Origin: Chrysomallon squamiferum
Taxonomy: Eukaryota; Animalia; Mollusca
Reading direction: 5' to 3'
NCBI GenBank assembly: GCA_012295275.1
Contig: CM022672.1
Location: 28,024,001-28,088,000, forward strand
DNA length: 64,000 nucleotides
Below are positions 14,541 through 27,090 of the stretch, piece by piece. Both the position numbers and the translations under genes were made by a program. The notes beneath the pieces were generated by a model that was not told where the DNA came from, ran no database searches, and saw nothing but the letters and a program-made list of their open reading frames with translations. Numbering within the stretch: position 1 is the first letter of the stretch; the number at the start of each line of letters is the position of its first letter.

Positions 14541-15973
14541 TAGGCCGGCTCTACTAGGGTGCTGATTTCAAGGGGCGCATTTCTCCAAACAGTTTTGAAA
14601 AATAAATAAATAAATTTCAGTATTATTGAGGGTCGTTTTCATTAAGGGACAAAATATCGGTTTGATTCAGTCTGATCGAAAAACCAGGCTCACCGGAACT
14701 GAAAATCGCGCATACACGAAACTTTCACGGCGAAATTATGTTCGTGTGTTTTTGTAGGTCAAGAGTTTTTCTGTAGAATCATACGAAACCGGAAACAAAC
14801 TGTGGGAGGTAACTCTGTTTTTTAATGGTATAAACAAGGAAGGAAATTGCCGGTGAGGGGTATTTAAATGTCCGTGACAGAAAAATCCTGCCTCTAGAGA
14901 TCGCATGTTGAAAATAAATGTTTTGAAAATACTGCAGGCGCATTTCTGCTGTGAATTAATGATAAGGCTTTGAACGTATCATTTCTACCCACATCACACT
15001 TTGGGTCGACTGACACAAAAGGTAAAACAAATGATTTTGACTGCCGTGTCTGCCTTAAGATTCTTCTGTTTTAGTATCATGACAGGAAGAAAGGTCTGGG
15101 AACATTTGATAAGTTTTGTATCATCATTCTGACCCAGTTAAATTGCAGACTTGTTTTGTCAAACGTTTCACCGGTTAATAAACGTCAGTGGCCAGAGAAA
15201 ATCCTGTCACAAGTACATGTATTGTGTTTAGCGAAGTTAGTTAGCGATGCCAAACTGAAAATTTTATATTGACTGTAAGAAGACCTATATAATCTATAAA
15301 TAGATCTGTCTTATCAGTTGATAGTGAAATGGGATTGTGGATGTTGTGTTTTGTGAACCGTAACAAACCCTTAATTCCTAGGCTTAAGCTTATACAGGCA
15401 GTGGCGTAACCAGAGGGGGGGCAGGGGGAACATTTGACCAGCCAATTCATGAACTGGGCAATTTAATTATGAGTTTCATTTGCCCACTTCATGAATTGGG
15501 CAGACAAATTTGTGACAAGTGGTGAGTGTAGTTTCTCAAAGCTCAAACTTATAAAATCTGACATAAGTTCTACAATGTTGCAAGAGAGCCTGAACATACT
15601 CAGGCTTCATCACTTGATTTAGTTGAATTGGTAAAAGCTTTGCTGAGGAAAAGGCAAGCAAAGTGGAATTTTGAAATGTCTTTCTGTCTGCAATTATCCA
15701 TCAGCCAAATTTGGTTTCAAGTGTATTAATATTGAGTATCTATTCAACTGTCCATTATGCTGTTAGTTCATCATTAATGTATATCTTTATTCTTGTCTTA
15801 ATTTTGAAAATAGAATAGTATCAAGTACTGTTTTGGGGGGTATCCGGACATTTGAGCACAGAAGAATAATTTTGTTTTTAAATTTATTATTTATAAATTT
15901 TGAAATTAATATTTTGCTGGCGGCGCCAAAATCTAACTTTGCCTAGGGCACCAGATTGTCTTGCGCCGGACTG
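14541..15973 (+). mobile_element. Degenerate hAT (Tip100/ZMYM1-like) remnant, possibly nested
   Basis: About 15515-15675 reads SFSKLKLIKSDISSTMLQESLN..FAEEKASKVEF*, resembling a hAT C-terminal dimerisation domain. hAT-like ends: cagtggcgtaacc at 15399, gcgccggactg ending 15973, taggccggctcta at about 14541. Boundaries uncertain. Confidence 0.55.
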
Positions 15974-17723
15974 TCTGAGTCTATGTCTTCCTCTTGTTTT
16001 TTCTTTCTATAACGCTTTTGGCCAATAGGTCTTTCATATTTAGTGTGTTTGCTACAACGATCAATTATTTTAGAAGTTTTTGAGATAAACAGACAGGTAC
16101 GGTTAACAAGAACACGCCGGTGTGCGCTGATTCTCGTGTAAACAAAAGAGAAGGTGAGATAACTGAGGATAAACAACACGTAGGTGTAGTTCAACATATA
16201 AAGGGAGGGAATCCTGCCAAAATTCGCATGGCAAATATTAGCTTTTCGTTGAAAAGGAAACGAGAATTATATGCGACTCGACCTGTTATCTCTTAGTCAT
16301 GATTTCTGATAATATTATTTAGTTCTTTATTGCTTTTTATATTTTAATCACAGTTTCTTTACATTTGTCTTTTTCTTTTTTCTTTCCCTATTTTCTTCAA
16401 CAATTTTTTAGCGTTACATCAATAACATATCAACAACAACAACAAAAATAATAATAATGATAATAATGTTGATGATGATAATAATAATGATACCAAAGAA
16501 GACCAGGAAGAAATAGAAATTTAAAAAAAAAAGTGAATAGACAGATTAATTATATTTAAACTGTATTGTATCTGTACTCACACCTGTAAACTTCAATTAC
16601 ATCCTGTCACGTCTTACACACTGTCCACCCCGCATGTCATCTTCTCATTATTAAAAACCACGCCCACCCGCCTACGGCCTCTATTCACAGAATAAATCTC
16701 TTCTCTTATTATACATAAAAGGCCACACATTCCATCCCATATACATTCAACCTAGCTACAAGACGAGCTCTTTCCTCTACAAGAATATCAAACTTAGAAT
16801 GAAGGGTGTTATTTTACTGTTCACTAATGTGCATGACAAAATTAGGAATAGAAACTAACTTATGCATGTTATATCTAGAATGTGTTTAATATTGACACAG
16901 GCAGTGGTCTTATTTTAATGTTAGAAACAACTTCAGACGGCATACGTAATTTAGTTTCTTTTTTCCATTCAAAAAAATTTAAAAAAAAAAAAAAATCTAT
17001 TTCTTTATTTACACTGAATTGTTAGCTGTAAGTTACGTCGTCAATGTAACAAATATAATCAAGATTTCTTCTTCAACCGATTAAGACTGATTCTAAATAC
17101 GTGTTTGATAGTAATCTACATAAATATTAATTTAAATCTCAGATTCATACATACATACACACATATAATTATTATATACATATATATACATATATATAGG
17201 CAAAGAAACACATACACAGATACACTTACGCAAACAGGTACACGTACATATTTACATACCTACATAAAGCAGAGATTACTGTATAAACGATACATTAGAA
17301 TTTCTTATTTATTTATTTATTATTATTACTGCTGACATAGTGGTGGTTTCTCTTTTATTGCCTTGGAAACAGAGATAAATAAACAAACAAACAAACAAAT
17401 AAAAATAACGATAATAAAAAAAAATGCATTGTGCTTATATCTATAATATAATAATAGGTATATGAACGACGCCTACAAAGTTAAATATGCATACCGTAAC
17501 AACTGGATTTTTTTTTTCTTATTTCTGCATAAAATTAATTAACTGAAGGAGAATTGCGCTCTTCAATGAGTGTTCAGAACACAAATGAACAAAAACACAC
17601 TGCCGATTTTTTCCTGCCTAAACTACATTAAAAGAGAAATGTGTAACAGTTAAATTGCGAGTCAAAGTGAATTTAATTTACACTGCTGCAGTCTCACACC
17701 CACATTGTACACAGTCCTCTACG

Positions 17724-17733
17724 TATATATAAA
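17724..17733 (+). promoter_or_regulatory. Candidate TATA box of paralog B
   Basis: TATATATAAA about 75 nt upstream of the ATG at 17805. Confidence 0.45.
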
Positions 17734-17804
17734 GGTCGGGTACAATTTGTCTTATAGGTTAAACGATTTTTTCTCTAGACGTAGAATCCTGAATGAGCTG
17801 TAAA

Positions 17805-18585
17805 ATGTCTTTTCTCTATCTAGTCGTGTTTGCCAGTGTTTTTGTTTCTGTTAGTTGCCAGCTAGGCGGAACACTGACATGGGGAGACGGAGTTAGCCAA
17901 CATTTGCTGAAGGAATTGAAAATGTTAACTAACGATTCTAAATTTTATGAAGGTAGGTAAAAGAGTAACACAGTCTGAAAAGAGTAACTGCTTCAAATAA
18001 CATTTTCTTTAAATAATGATATATAATAATGTTTTCAATTCAACTAAGTAAATTAGAAAACAGGATGAAAAGTTAGACAATGTTGGTTGAAGTAATTGAA
18101 AATGTTATCTAAAACTACGATATTTTATTAAGTTAAGTAATATGAATTGTATATAGAGTCGTGAAAGAGTGACTAGATGGAAACAATATTTATTTAAATA
18201 TATAAAATATTTTATATATAAATAAATTAGAAATCAGGATGAAAAGTAATTACTTCATTTTGGGTTTTTTTTTTTTTTTTTTTTTTTTTTTAATGAACTG
18301 AAAATCTTAATTAACAATACGAAATTTCACGAAGTAGGTGATATGAATTGTATGCACAGTCGGGAAAGAAAGACTGAATGAAAACAATACTTTGTTTATA
18401 TATATAGGATGGATGAAGAGTTACCTAGCATTTGTTGACGGAACTGAACCTATTAACTAACAATTAGAAATTTCACAATGGTAGATAATATGAATTGTAT
18501 ATATATATATACTGTCGTGATAAAGTAACCATATGGAAACAATATTCTATTTTAAAATTTTGACGTTAAACATTTTAAGATTTCG

Positions 18586-18629
<44 letters not shown>

Positions 18630-20420
18630 TTTTTTATTATTATTATTATTATCATCATTATTTATTATTATTATTTTTATTATTTATTTTTTTATTATTG
18701 TTACCATTACCACTGCCGGTATTTATATCATATTATAATTTGATATTATACTCTGTACTTTTCAAAGCTTAGCGTAATTTCTAAAAACTTGTCTTTAAAA
18801 ATAATAAAACAGATTTGATGTGTAATTTTCAACATTTGAAAACAAAAATGAATTTATATTCTTCAGCATTACAAATCTGTTGGTAAAAAAACGATTTTTT
18901 ATTTATTTCAAGCTTTGAAAAAAAGAGTTAACATTTTTATTTGTAAATTTCAAAGGTTTACAATTATGTAAACTGATATATTAATTTAAAATCAAGATTC
19001 TGATTGATATCTTAATTTAAAATCAAGATTCTGACTGATATGTTAATTTAAAATCAAGATTCAGACTGATATGTTAATTTAAAATCAAGATTCTGACTGA
19101 TATGTTAATTTAAAATCAAGATTCTGACTGATATGTTAATTTAAAATCAAGATTCTGACTGATATATTAATTTAAAATCAAGATTCTGACTGATATATTA
19201 ATTTAAAATCAAGATACAGACTGATATGTTAATTTAAAATCAAGATTCTGAAGTTTGAATATTTTTATAAATTTTAATTTTTCGACATTTCAGAACTTTG
19301 CGTTAACTGTTTACAAGCAAGTTCCACAATGGTCCAACACCCAGAAAACTGTGGCATTGTGGTCTACTGCGTTCCTGACCTTGGCATCTTTCTGATGAAA
19401 TGTACACAGGGCACATTGTTTGATGAAGTACAAAACAGCTGTGTCAATCCGGATAACGTCGTATGCAGGATGAATCCTACTAACAGCAAATCATGGGGTA
19501 AAAATATTTTTCTTCGTAATACTTTGAAAAGTATAATCTTTAGAATGCGTTAATTTGTTTGATTAAATAAAATAAAATAAATGAAAAAATGTATTTAAGA
19601 AATAGCTAAGTGTGTGTGTGTTTGTGCCAATGTGCGTATGTGCATTTCTAGGTGTAACTAAACAGTCAAATAATAATAATAGTAATAATAATGTTCAAAT
19701 GAAGGAATAACTAATAAAAATAAACACGTTTTTTTATATAACATTTATGTAACTTAATAACCAAATAAACATCCTGAAAACATATATAACATATATATGT
19801 GAAATGAAATAAATAAATCGTGTGCCTAATTTACATTACAGTGAAACTAAAACACAAATCTGACAAACTAAGTACGAATTTTAATAAGACAAATATATCT
19901 TCATATATGTTTCTAGCACCATGCGCCGACAAAAAGCCATTCCGTCATCCAAAATACTGTCATAAGTACATGGTGTGCATCGACCCTAATGCCGATGCAG
20001 TGTCGAGCCACGCTTCCATCATAGAAAGAGACTGCCCCAAGGGAGAAGGTTTCGACACAGTTCAGAGCCGCTGCACCCCAACTGCTCCATGCTTACAGTT
20101 TGGCGAAGAAGATACTAATTGGATTAGGAAGAAAGGTAAACAAATTCGTGTTGTAATTTTAAACTCAATCAAAATTTCTCCATGTATATGTATGTGTGTA
20201 TATATCTATATCTTTAACGATCTATATATCTATCTATCTATCTATATACACACACATACACGTACACAGAACACCTGCACATAAACACGCAGACATGTAC
20301 ATACATACATTTACTGTTTTCACGAGTGTTTTATTCTTCTATTTCATTTTTCCGTTAACACATGTATATGGTGTTGTGTTGTTGTATTCTTCCATTAACA
20401 TATATATATGTATGTATGTA

Positions 20421-20462
<42 letters not shown>

Positions 20463-20934
20463 CACACATGCACACACACATACATACATAAAAACATCTC
20501 AAGAAACAAACATTTATCTATAGATAATAATTTCACTGTATCTTTTCAGTTGGCGGACCTTACTGTGGTCCTATCAGTGGAACGGATCAAAAATACTGGT
20601 ACAATGTCACTGCTAGATACCGTAGTGACGAGACTAAAATAGTCAGTGAAAATTATCAAAACGACTGCCCGGCAGCCACCTACTACCCCAGCGACTCCAC
20701 AGATTGTAAATGTATTATTAAGGAAACTGAAGAAAGTAAGTTGTGTGTGTGATGTTGTAAAACTAAACGAAAAGATAAGGGGAACCTATAATAATGCAGA
20801 AACAAAATGTGTAAAGAAATGAACACTAACAATAGCTGGAACTACAAGCAAAATATACAAGAATCACTAATCTAATATAATATAATATAATATAATATAA
20901 TATAATATAGTTAAAATGTATTATAAATTAAGAG

Positions 20935-20971
<37 letters not shown>

Positions 20972-22936
20972 GGGGGGAAGAAACGAAATACATACATGCA
21001 TATGTAGATATGTGTGTGCGTATGCTTGTCGAGCATGTAGCATGTGTGTGTGGTCTTTAAATCGAAATTATGCTAGCGATATTCAGCCTTTTCCATCAAC
21101 AAAATTTAATTAATTTGATTTATATACATCTCATACATAAATATTGATTGATTGATTGATTGATTGACTGATTGAAATGATTTATATTTTCAGAATGTTT
21201 CGTGCACACTCTTGCCAACTTCGCGTCTGATGCCAAACTTCAGTCGAGCAGGAATGAATGGATAAGCTGGAACGACGCCAAGAATGTCAAAGCCGCTATT
21301 TCTGGTAACGCCACGACTGATCCCGAGAAAGGCGCATTCTTTGAACGGACGATGTTCACAGTCCACACACTGATGTACAACGAAATGGGCAAATATTTCA
21401 CTCTTTCATTTACCTTCCTTCCCCAGCGCCGCAACTCCAAAGACCCCACGGCCGAAATGATCAATGGAGCCATGCCAGGCACTTATGCCCTGGTTGACAA
21501 CAGTGCCTGTGGAATCCCCAGTACGTATGGTTGTCGTCTTGTGGTTGACTCGCAAGACTTCGGTAAAGTGATGTGTTCTATCAACGCCACTCACTCCACA
21601 GAAAAGGTGACGACGTATAATTATCGTGCTGAGACATCTGTTGCAATGGTAGGTAGAATGATAAAGTTTTCTGACTAAATTCATTCTAAAATTAACTGAC
21701 ACATCAACATGAATCAGTTTCACAGAACTTATTTCACTTTAAAGTGATATGGTTATAATTATATAATGCTTGTTATTAATATTTCAGCAACTCACCCAAC
21801 CAATCACTGTAACACTGACACGCACAAATGAAGAGCTTAAGATGGAAATTGAACAAAATGGTAACAGTGTTGATACCAAGCAGTGGTTGATGGATAAAGG
21901 TTTGTTATTATTTTGTTTCTTGGATGCTGTATTGAATATTTCTAGTTTAAGTACACTTGTAGTAAGTTAAACAAAGCGGATATTATATATAAATATATAT
22001 ATGTTTTATAAATAAAGCTAAATATATAGGGAGAAGGAAGAAAAACACACAAACAAAATACAACAACAAAACTTTACAAATCATAAAGTAGAATAATATT
22101 GACAACATAAACAAGTATGTAAATGAAAAAAATATTTTTATTAGACATCCAAAATATAAATAATATTTAGTGTAGCATTCCGCATAATGACCGGTTTCTG
22201 TTTTTCAATTTCTAATAATAAATATCATCTTCTGAAATTTATCGGTTTTGAGCTTGCCTTAATGAGACGTTTAGAATACACTTTCCTTTCACTTAATAAA
22301 AAGAGACTATTTTACAAAACGGTCTAATGAGAAAATATCCCCATGAAAATATATCCAAATATTTCAACTGAAATATTCTATAACATATTTCTGGGTACTT
22401 AATCCAAAGTTTGAAGAATGTTTGGTATAATCATAACACATTTACAGATGGTATAATTTATAGATTTTCTTTAGCTGTAGGGAATATTTTGTGTGCACTC
22501 TCTTATAAACAGGAAACCATAAAGTATTATAAATCATTATTGTTGGAACTAGATATTTTGTTGTTTCAGAGGACCGCATAATGGGAACAAAATGTGGGCT
22601 GACTCTAGCTGCAGGTACAGAGCAGAAATATTTCACTGGTTTCATTGATAACGTAAGTATTTGTATCATTAATACTGAAGTATATATTGAACAGTATGTT
22701 GTAGAAAATAATACCTCGCAATCTTATGTATTTATGTGGTTTTGATGTATATATGGATGGAAGGATAGACGGATGGATGCCAGTATATATTTATGTTTGC
22801 ATGCATGTCGTATCAGGAATAATGATTTGCCATCGGTTTGTTTATGTTGTTTACACGTATTAAAACAAAGTCCAGTATAATAATATTATTTAATTTTATT
22901 TATTTTCAGCTGAAGGTGACCAAATTCTGCCCATAG
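17805..22936 (+). CDS. Secreted chitin-binding-like + laminin-G-like protein, Pif-like/LamG3 family, paralog B (477 aa, 8 exons)
   Basis: Hand-spliced exons, all GT-AG: 17805-17952 (MSFLYLVVFASVFVSVSCQ.., signal-peptide-like; an upstream in-frame ATG lies at 17793); 19294-19497 (LCVNC..HPENCGIVVYC..KCTQGTLFDEVQNSCV); 19917-20135 (PCADKKPFRHPKYCHKYMVC..DCPKGEGFD..C); 20550-20735 (YCGP..KYWY..DCPAATYY..CKC); 21194-21648 (CFVHTLANF..FTLSFTF..ALVDNSAC); 21788-21899; 22570-22652 (KCGLTLAAGTEQKYFTGFIDN); 22910-22936 (LKVTKFCP*). Total 1434 nt, open frame, same intron phases as paralog A. Confidence 0.9.
17890..18555 (+). repeat. Degenerate tandem repeat (4 units, about 140-200 bp) spanning the exon-1 3' end and splice donor of paralog B
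   Basis: The motif gaa(t/c)tgaaaat(g/c)ttaa..aa..a(a/t)ttt..gaagtaggt..cagtc..aaaga..aaacaata recurs at about 17910, 18090, 18295 and 18440. Confidence 0.75.
18972..19250. repeat. 31-bp minisatellite, about 9 copies, in intron 1 of paralog B
   Basis: Unit ttaatttaaaatcaagattctgactgatatg, near-identical copies. Confidence 0.95.
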
Positions 22937-23351
22937 AAAAAAATTATAATTCTGAAGATTTCCCTGACTTTATAAATATCGACAAAATAGAGTGATGAGG
23001 TTACATATTACTTATATAATCTACCTTATGCATTATAATCACTGAAAAAAACAGATGGAACATATTCAAATAAGATAATATGTTGAAACATTATTACGAT
23101 AAAAAAAATTACATTGAACACCATGGACCTTTTTCTAAATTATTCTCTGATGAAGAAAAATCACGGATATATGTTAATATATTTTTTAATACACGTTGCT
23201 ATAATTATACCAATCACACTGATTGTGACCTACAAACGCAAGAGAACTTTAGTTGAAATTATACATTTCTCTATCCATTCTTGAGTTGTGTTCGGTTCTG
23301 CTATAAGTAGATGAATTTGTAGTCCTCTCACGACTGTTTTCGTCTATTCTC

Positions 23352-23357
23352 AATAAA
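23352..23357 (+). terminator. Candidate polyadenylation signal of paralog B
   Basis: AATAAA about 415 nt after the stop codon, followed by a T-rich tract (ttttctcttgttttcttt). Confidence 0.4.
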
Positions 23358-23890
23358 AATAGACATTAATTTTCTCTTGTTTTCTTTAGTTCTTCACGGT
23401 TGAATGGTCTAATCATTGCTTAACAAATTTGGTTCAGTATATAAATTATTCTGGTTTTATGTTAATTATGTATACTATACCACAAATGATATTTAATTAT
23501 CCTTTATTATTGAGCAATTTACCAGAACAAATAATTGTATCTAGCCCAAAAAGATGTGCACTTATAAAAGATAACCATGACACCATACCTCTGCAGCTAG
23601 ATAAACCTGGCTCCCCATCCAGCTATGGTTCAATGGTGCGGGAAACAGTACGCCTACTTCAACAAAGCTGGTTTATTAAAGATCTAAATTTACAAAATTT
23701 TAGGCGCCTGTGCATAAAACTAATAATACATATTTCAAACATATAATACACATAATAGAAATATCAGGGTTTTAGCTTTGGAAAATAAAGTTGCGTTTTC
23801 TGACAGATGTGAAAGCAAATATACTACACTCTTTCATTTTCTGTTCATTAGTAAAAATAATACGAAAACACCGAAAGGTTTCTTATGAGA

Positions 23891-25853
23891 CAGGGATGTC
23901 AAACTCATTTTCGTCGAGGGCCACATCAGCATTATCGTTGCCATCAAATGGCCTATTGTAACTGTTAAGACAGTATAAATGTAACTACTCATTAAAATAT
24001 TGTTAAATAACCGTTTATTATGTATTCAAGTTACAAATAACAAGATATTCATTTGCATAGATGTAAAAAATATGTTTATTAGGTTAAGAAACAAAGAAAC
24101 TACTCAAGTAAATAAAGAAAAATTTAATCAAACATTAACTTTTAACATTAAGCGTCGACAGTGGCAGAACAACAGCACAACCGACAGCTGTGAGCTGCTG
24201 AGAACATGCGTGACAGATGTAGCATGTTACAAAAACAAATGGATGCGCACAGCCTTGCAGGGGGTGGATCTACATCCAGCTAATGAGAGATGGTCGAACA
24301 CAAAAACCTGCAAACACACTGAATACATTGCTACCCATACAAACTAGTATATGTATTTAACTCAAAATAACAAGGGTTGTCTCAGTTCACAACTATGTGG
24401 TCAAGTTGATGAGGTGATGCTGTCTGTCCCTCAACACACCCAGTAGATCCCCCCTCAACCCGAGACAACATCTCACACACCATCCTCATTCATTGCTCAT
24501 GTTCTGAAAATAACAAACACAGAACAAGCAGAGTCATTAAACTGCACGAATATTCAACTGTTGTTATTCTTGTTTGAGACACACTTCATTATACATGTAT
24601 TATTAATTCAGGTTATTAAAAATGCTTACCTATGTGTTTTCAGTCACACAACATAGCAAAGTCAGACAGCCAGTTTGGATCTTAAACGGTTTTCCTTTAC
24701 CTTTCATGAAAAGAGCAATTCTTTCCATAAGCTCAAAAACATTTGAGAACTTTGCTCCTACTCAGTCACCTTACATCTGTATGGTACGGCACATCTCCGA
24801 GCCTGCAAGAACAGCTGGAACTGCCGGTCACTGAGACCACGCGCCCGAATGTAATTCACTGTTTTAACAACCGCTGTCATTATATCATTCAGCTCCAGAA
24901 CCTTTCCACAGAGAGCTTCTCAGTGATGCGTTACCTGAGGTGTATGACTTCATTTTTATTTATCAAAAATGTCCCGTCCCGTTGGGGTCCCATGCATGGC
25001 ATCTACGTCCAAGACCTCCGAGACAGAGACTTCACGCCTCTAATAAAAATGGACAGCTGTATCCGCGTTGTCTGTCCTTTCATCGACAGCTAATGAAAAT
25101 GCAAGGGAACTGCGTGTTTCTTCAGCCAGCTGTACTGCCAGATTTTCGCTAGTTCCTTAACTCGGTCCGCGATGGTGTTTCTTGACAAAGTGACATTTTT
25201 AAAAGTTTTTACCTGGTCGGGGGCACATTTGCTCACAAACCTTCAGCATGCACTGCTTCAAAAATGCACCCTCTGAATATGACTTTGAAGCTCGGTCAAT
25301 TTTCAACCACAATAATTCTTCACTGCTGCATCTTTTTTTTAATTTTGCTGTAGTTTTTGTGAACATATTCTGCTGCGATTGCAGTCCGCCTTTTAATTCT
25401 TGGACAATCTGCTGTTTTTGTTGGAAGCTAAATTTGGCATACTGAACTGCGTGTTTGGAGTCTAAAATGCCGACACCGCCTCATAACACACAACACACAC
25501 CGGTGTTCTCCTTGAAGCACTAACATGTACTCACTTTCCCATCGTTCTTGAAACTGCCTTCCATCTGCATCAGCTTTTCTTTTCCAGGACATTTTGGGAT
25601 CCAAATTAGATATTTTTCAATTCCACTTGCTGGAAAAATCTCCGACACTGATGTGGATACACTGCTTCTAAAAGCGTGAAGCCGTCGCTTCGATGCATAA
25701 CATTATCGAAATGCATTGTGGGAGATGTAGTTTATGGTTAATGCACACTGTAAAATAGCATAGACTTTACTACACCTTTTAAGCTCTCGCTGGCCACATC
25801 AAATGACGTGGCTGGCAAGATTTGGCCCGCGGGCTTCAACTTTGACACATTCG
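23891..25853 (-). mobile_element. Decayed hAT (Charlie/SPIN, GTF2IRD2-like) transposon
   Basis: Ends cagggatgtcaaac and tttgacacattcg, with degenerate 8-bp TSD ttatgaga/ttctaaga. Minus-strand fragments: MSWKRKADADGRQFQERW..PVCVVCYEAVS..KHAVQYAKFSFQQKQQIVQELKGGLQSQQNMFTK, with frameshifts and deletions. Confidence 0.85.
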
Positions 25854-26519
25854 TTCTAAGATTTGTTTTAACCTCTGGTTGACATGTTCCATATTAAGAT
25901 ATATGACAACGATTGACAATCGATTCTTTTTATTTTGTCTTTATGTTTCACAAAATATAATCCTTGATTTCTCCAAGATAATGAATTACATCTCTGAAAT
26001 TGGAAGTCACCTAATCTCACTCTACTGAGAAAGAACTCGCAAATAAAAATATCTTGATTCGTAAAAAATAATAATAATAATAATAAATAAATACCAAAAT
26101 AAGAAAAAACAGCTTTAGAAGAAGAAAAAAGGCAGCTGCTGGCTTGTAATTCTTATAATAAAAATAATAGAACAGTAATTTGAATTTGAAAAAATCATAT
26201 GAGCATGTGCATATTTGTATTTGTGTATGTATGTATATATGTTATGAAAATAAATTATGGATGGTATGAAAAGCATGTGATCAGTCTTTTGGGCTAACAA
26301 ACATGGAAACGAGAAATTTGCTGCGGTGGTATAATTTATCTATCTTTTTTAAATATTTTTATTTCTTTTTTTTTCATTTCTTTTTTTTTTTTTTTTAAAT
26401 TATTATTATTGTTATACTTCCTCTCCTTTTTCTTAAATTAAAGGGGTGTTTAATGAAGTATTTAGCAGCACTCCAAGAGTAACATCAACACCATCAATGT
26501 AACACATTATGGTTGAGAA

Positions 26520-27090
26520 AGCTTTCGTAACAACTTAACCTAATTCAAAACAATGAACAACATCAACAACGAAGTCAGAATCATCAAAAGCACAGCATAA
26601 AAAATAAATATTGTTTAAGATATTTTATGTCATTCAGTTTCTTGTCTAATTCGAGGACACAAAAACGAACGACATAAAACAGCCATAAGGCAACATACTG
26701 AACAAAGTTGACGACACTTTCGTAACGACGTTACTACAGTTATTATAATTAAGATCTTCTTTAATTTCAGAACACCAGTAACGACGTCATCATCGTCATT
26801 ATACTAAACAACGTTAACGACGTTTTTGTAAGAAACAAACCATTTTTTTAATATAAGATCTTCTTTGTTAATTCAAGGACATAACAAAACACCAAAATCG
26901 AAATAAGTACATTATACCAAACTATGCTGATGACATTTTCATAATCATTATCATTTAAGCCTTATTTAATTCAAGGACATCTTTACAATACAATTCTTTA
27001 AAAAAAAAGTAAAAAAATAATATCATAAAAACCGTAAACAAAACAACGGTCGCGACACCTAATGACAGAGATCTTGTTCAATTCAGTAAC
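26520..27090. repeat. Old degenerate tandem repeat, period about 105 bp
   Basis: An agatcttct..taattcaaggacac-like core recurs at about 26640, 26751, 26855, 26957 and 27068. Confidence 0.55.
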
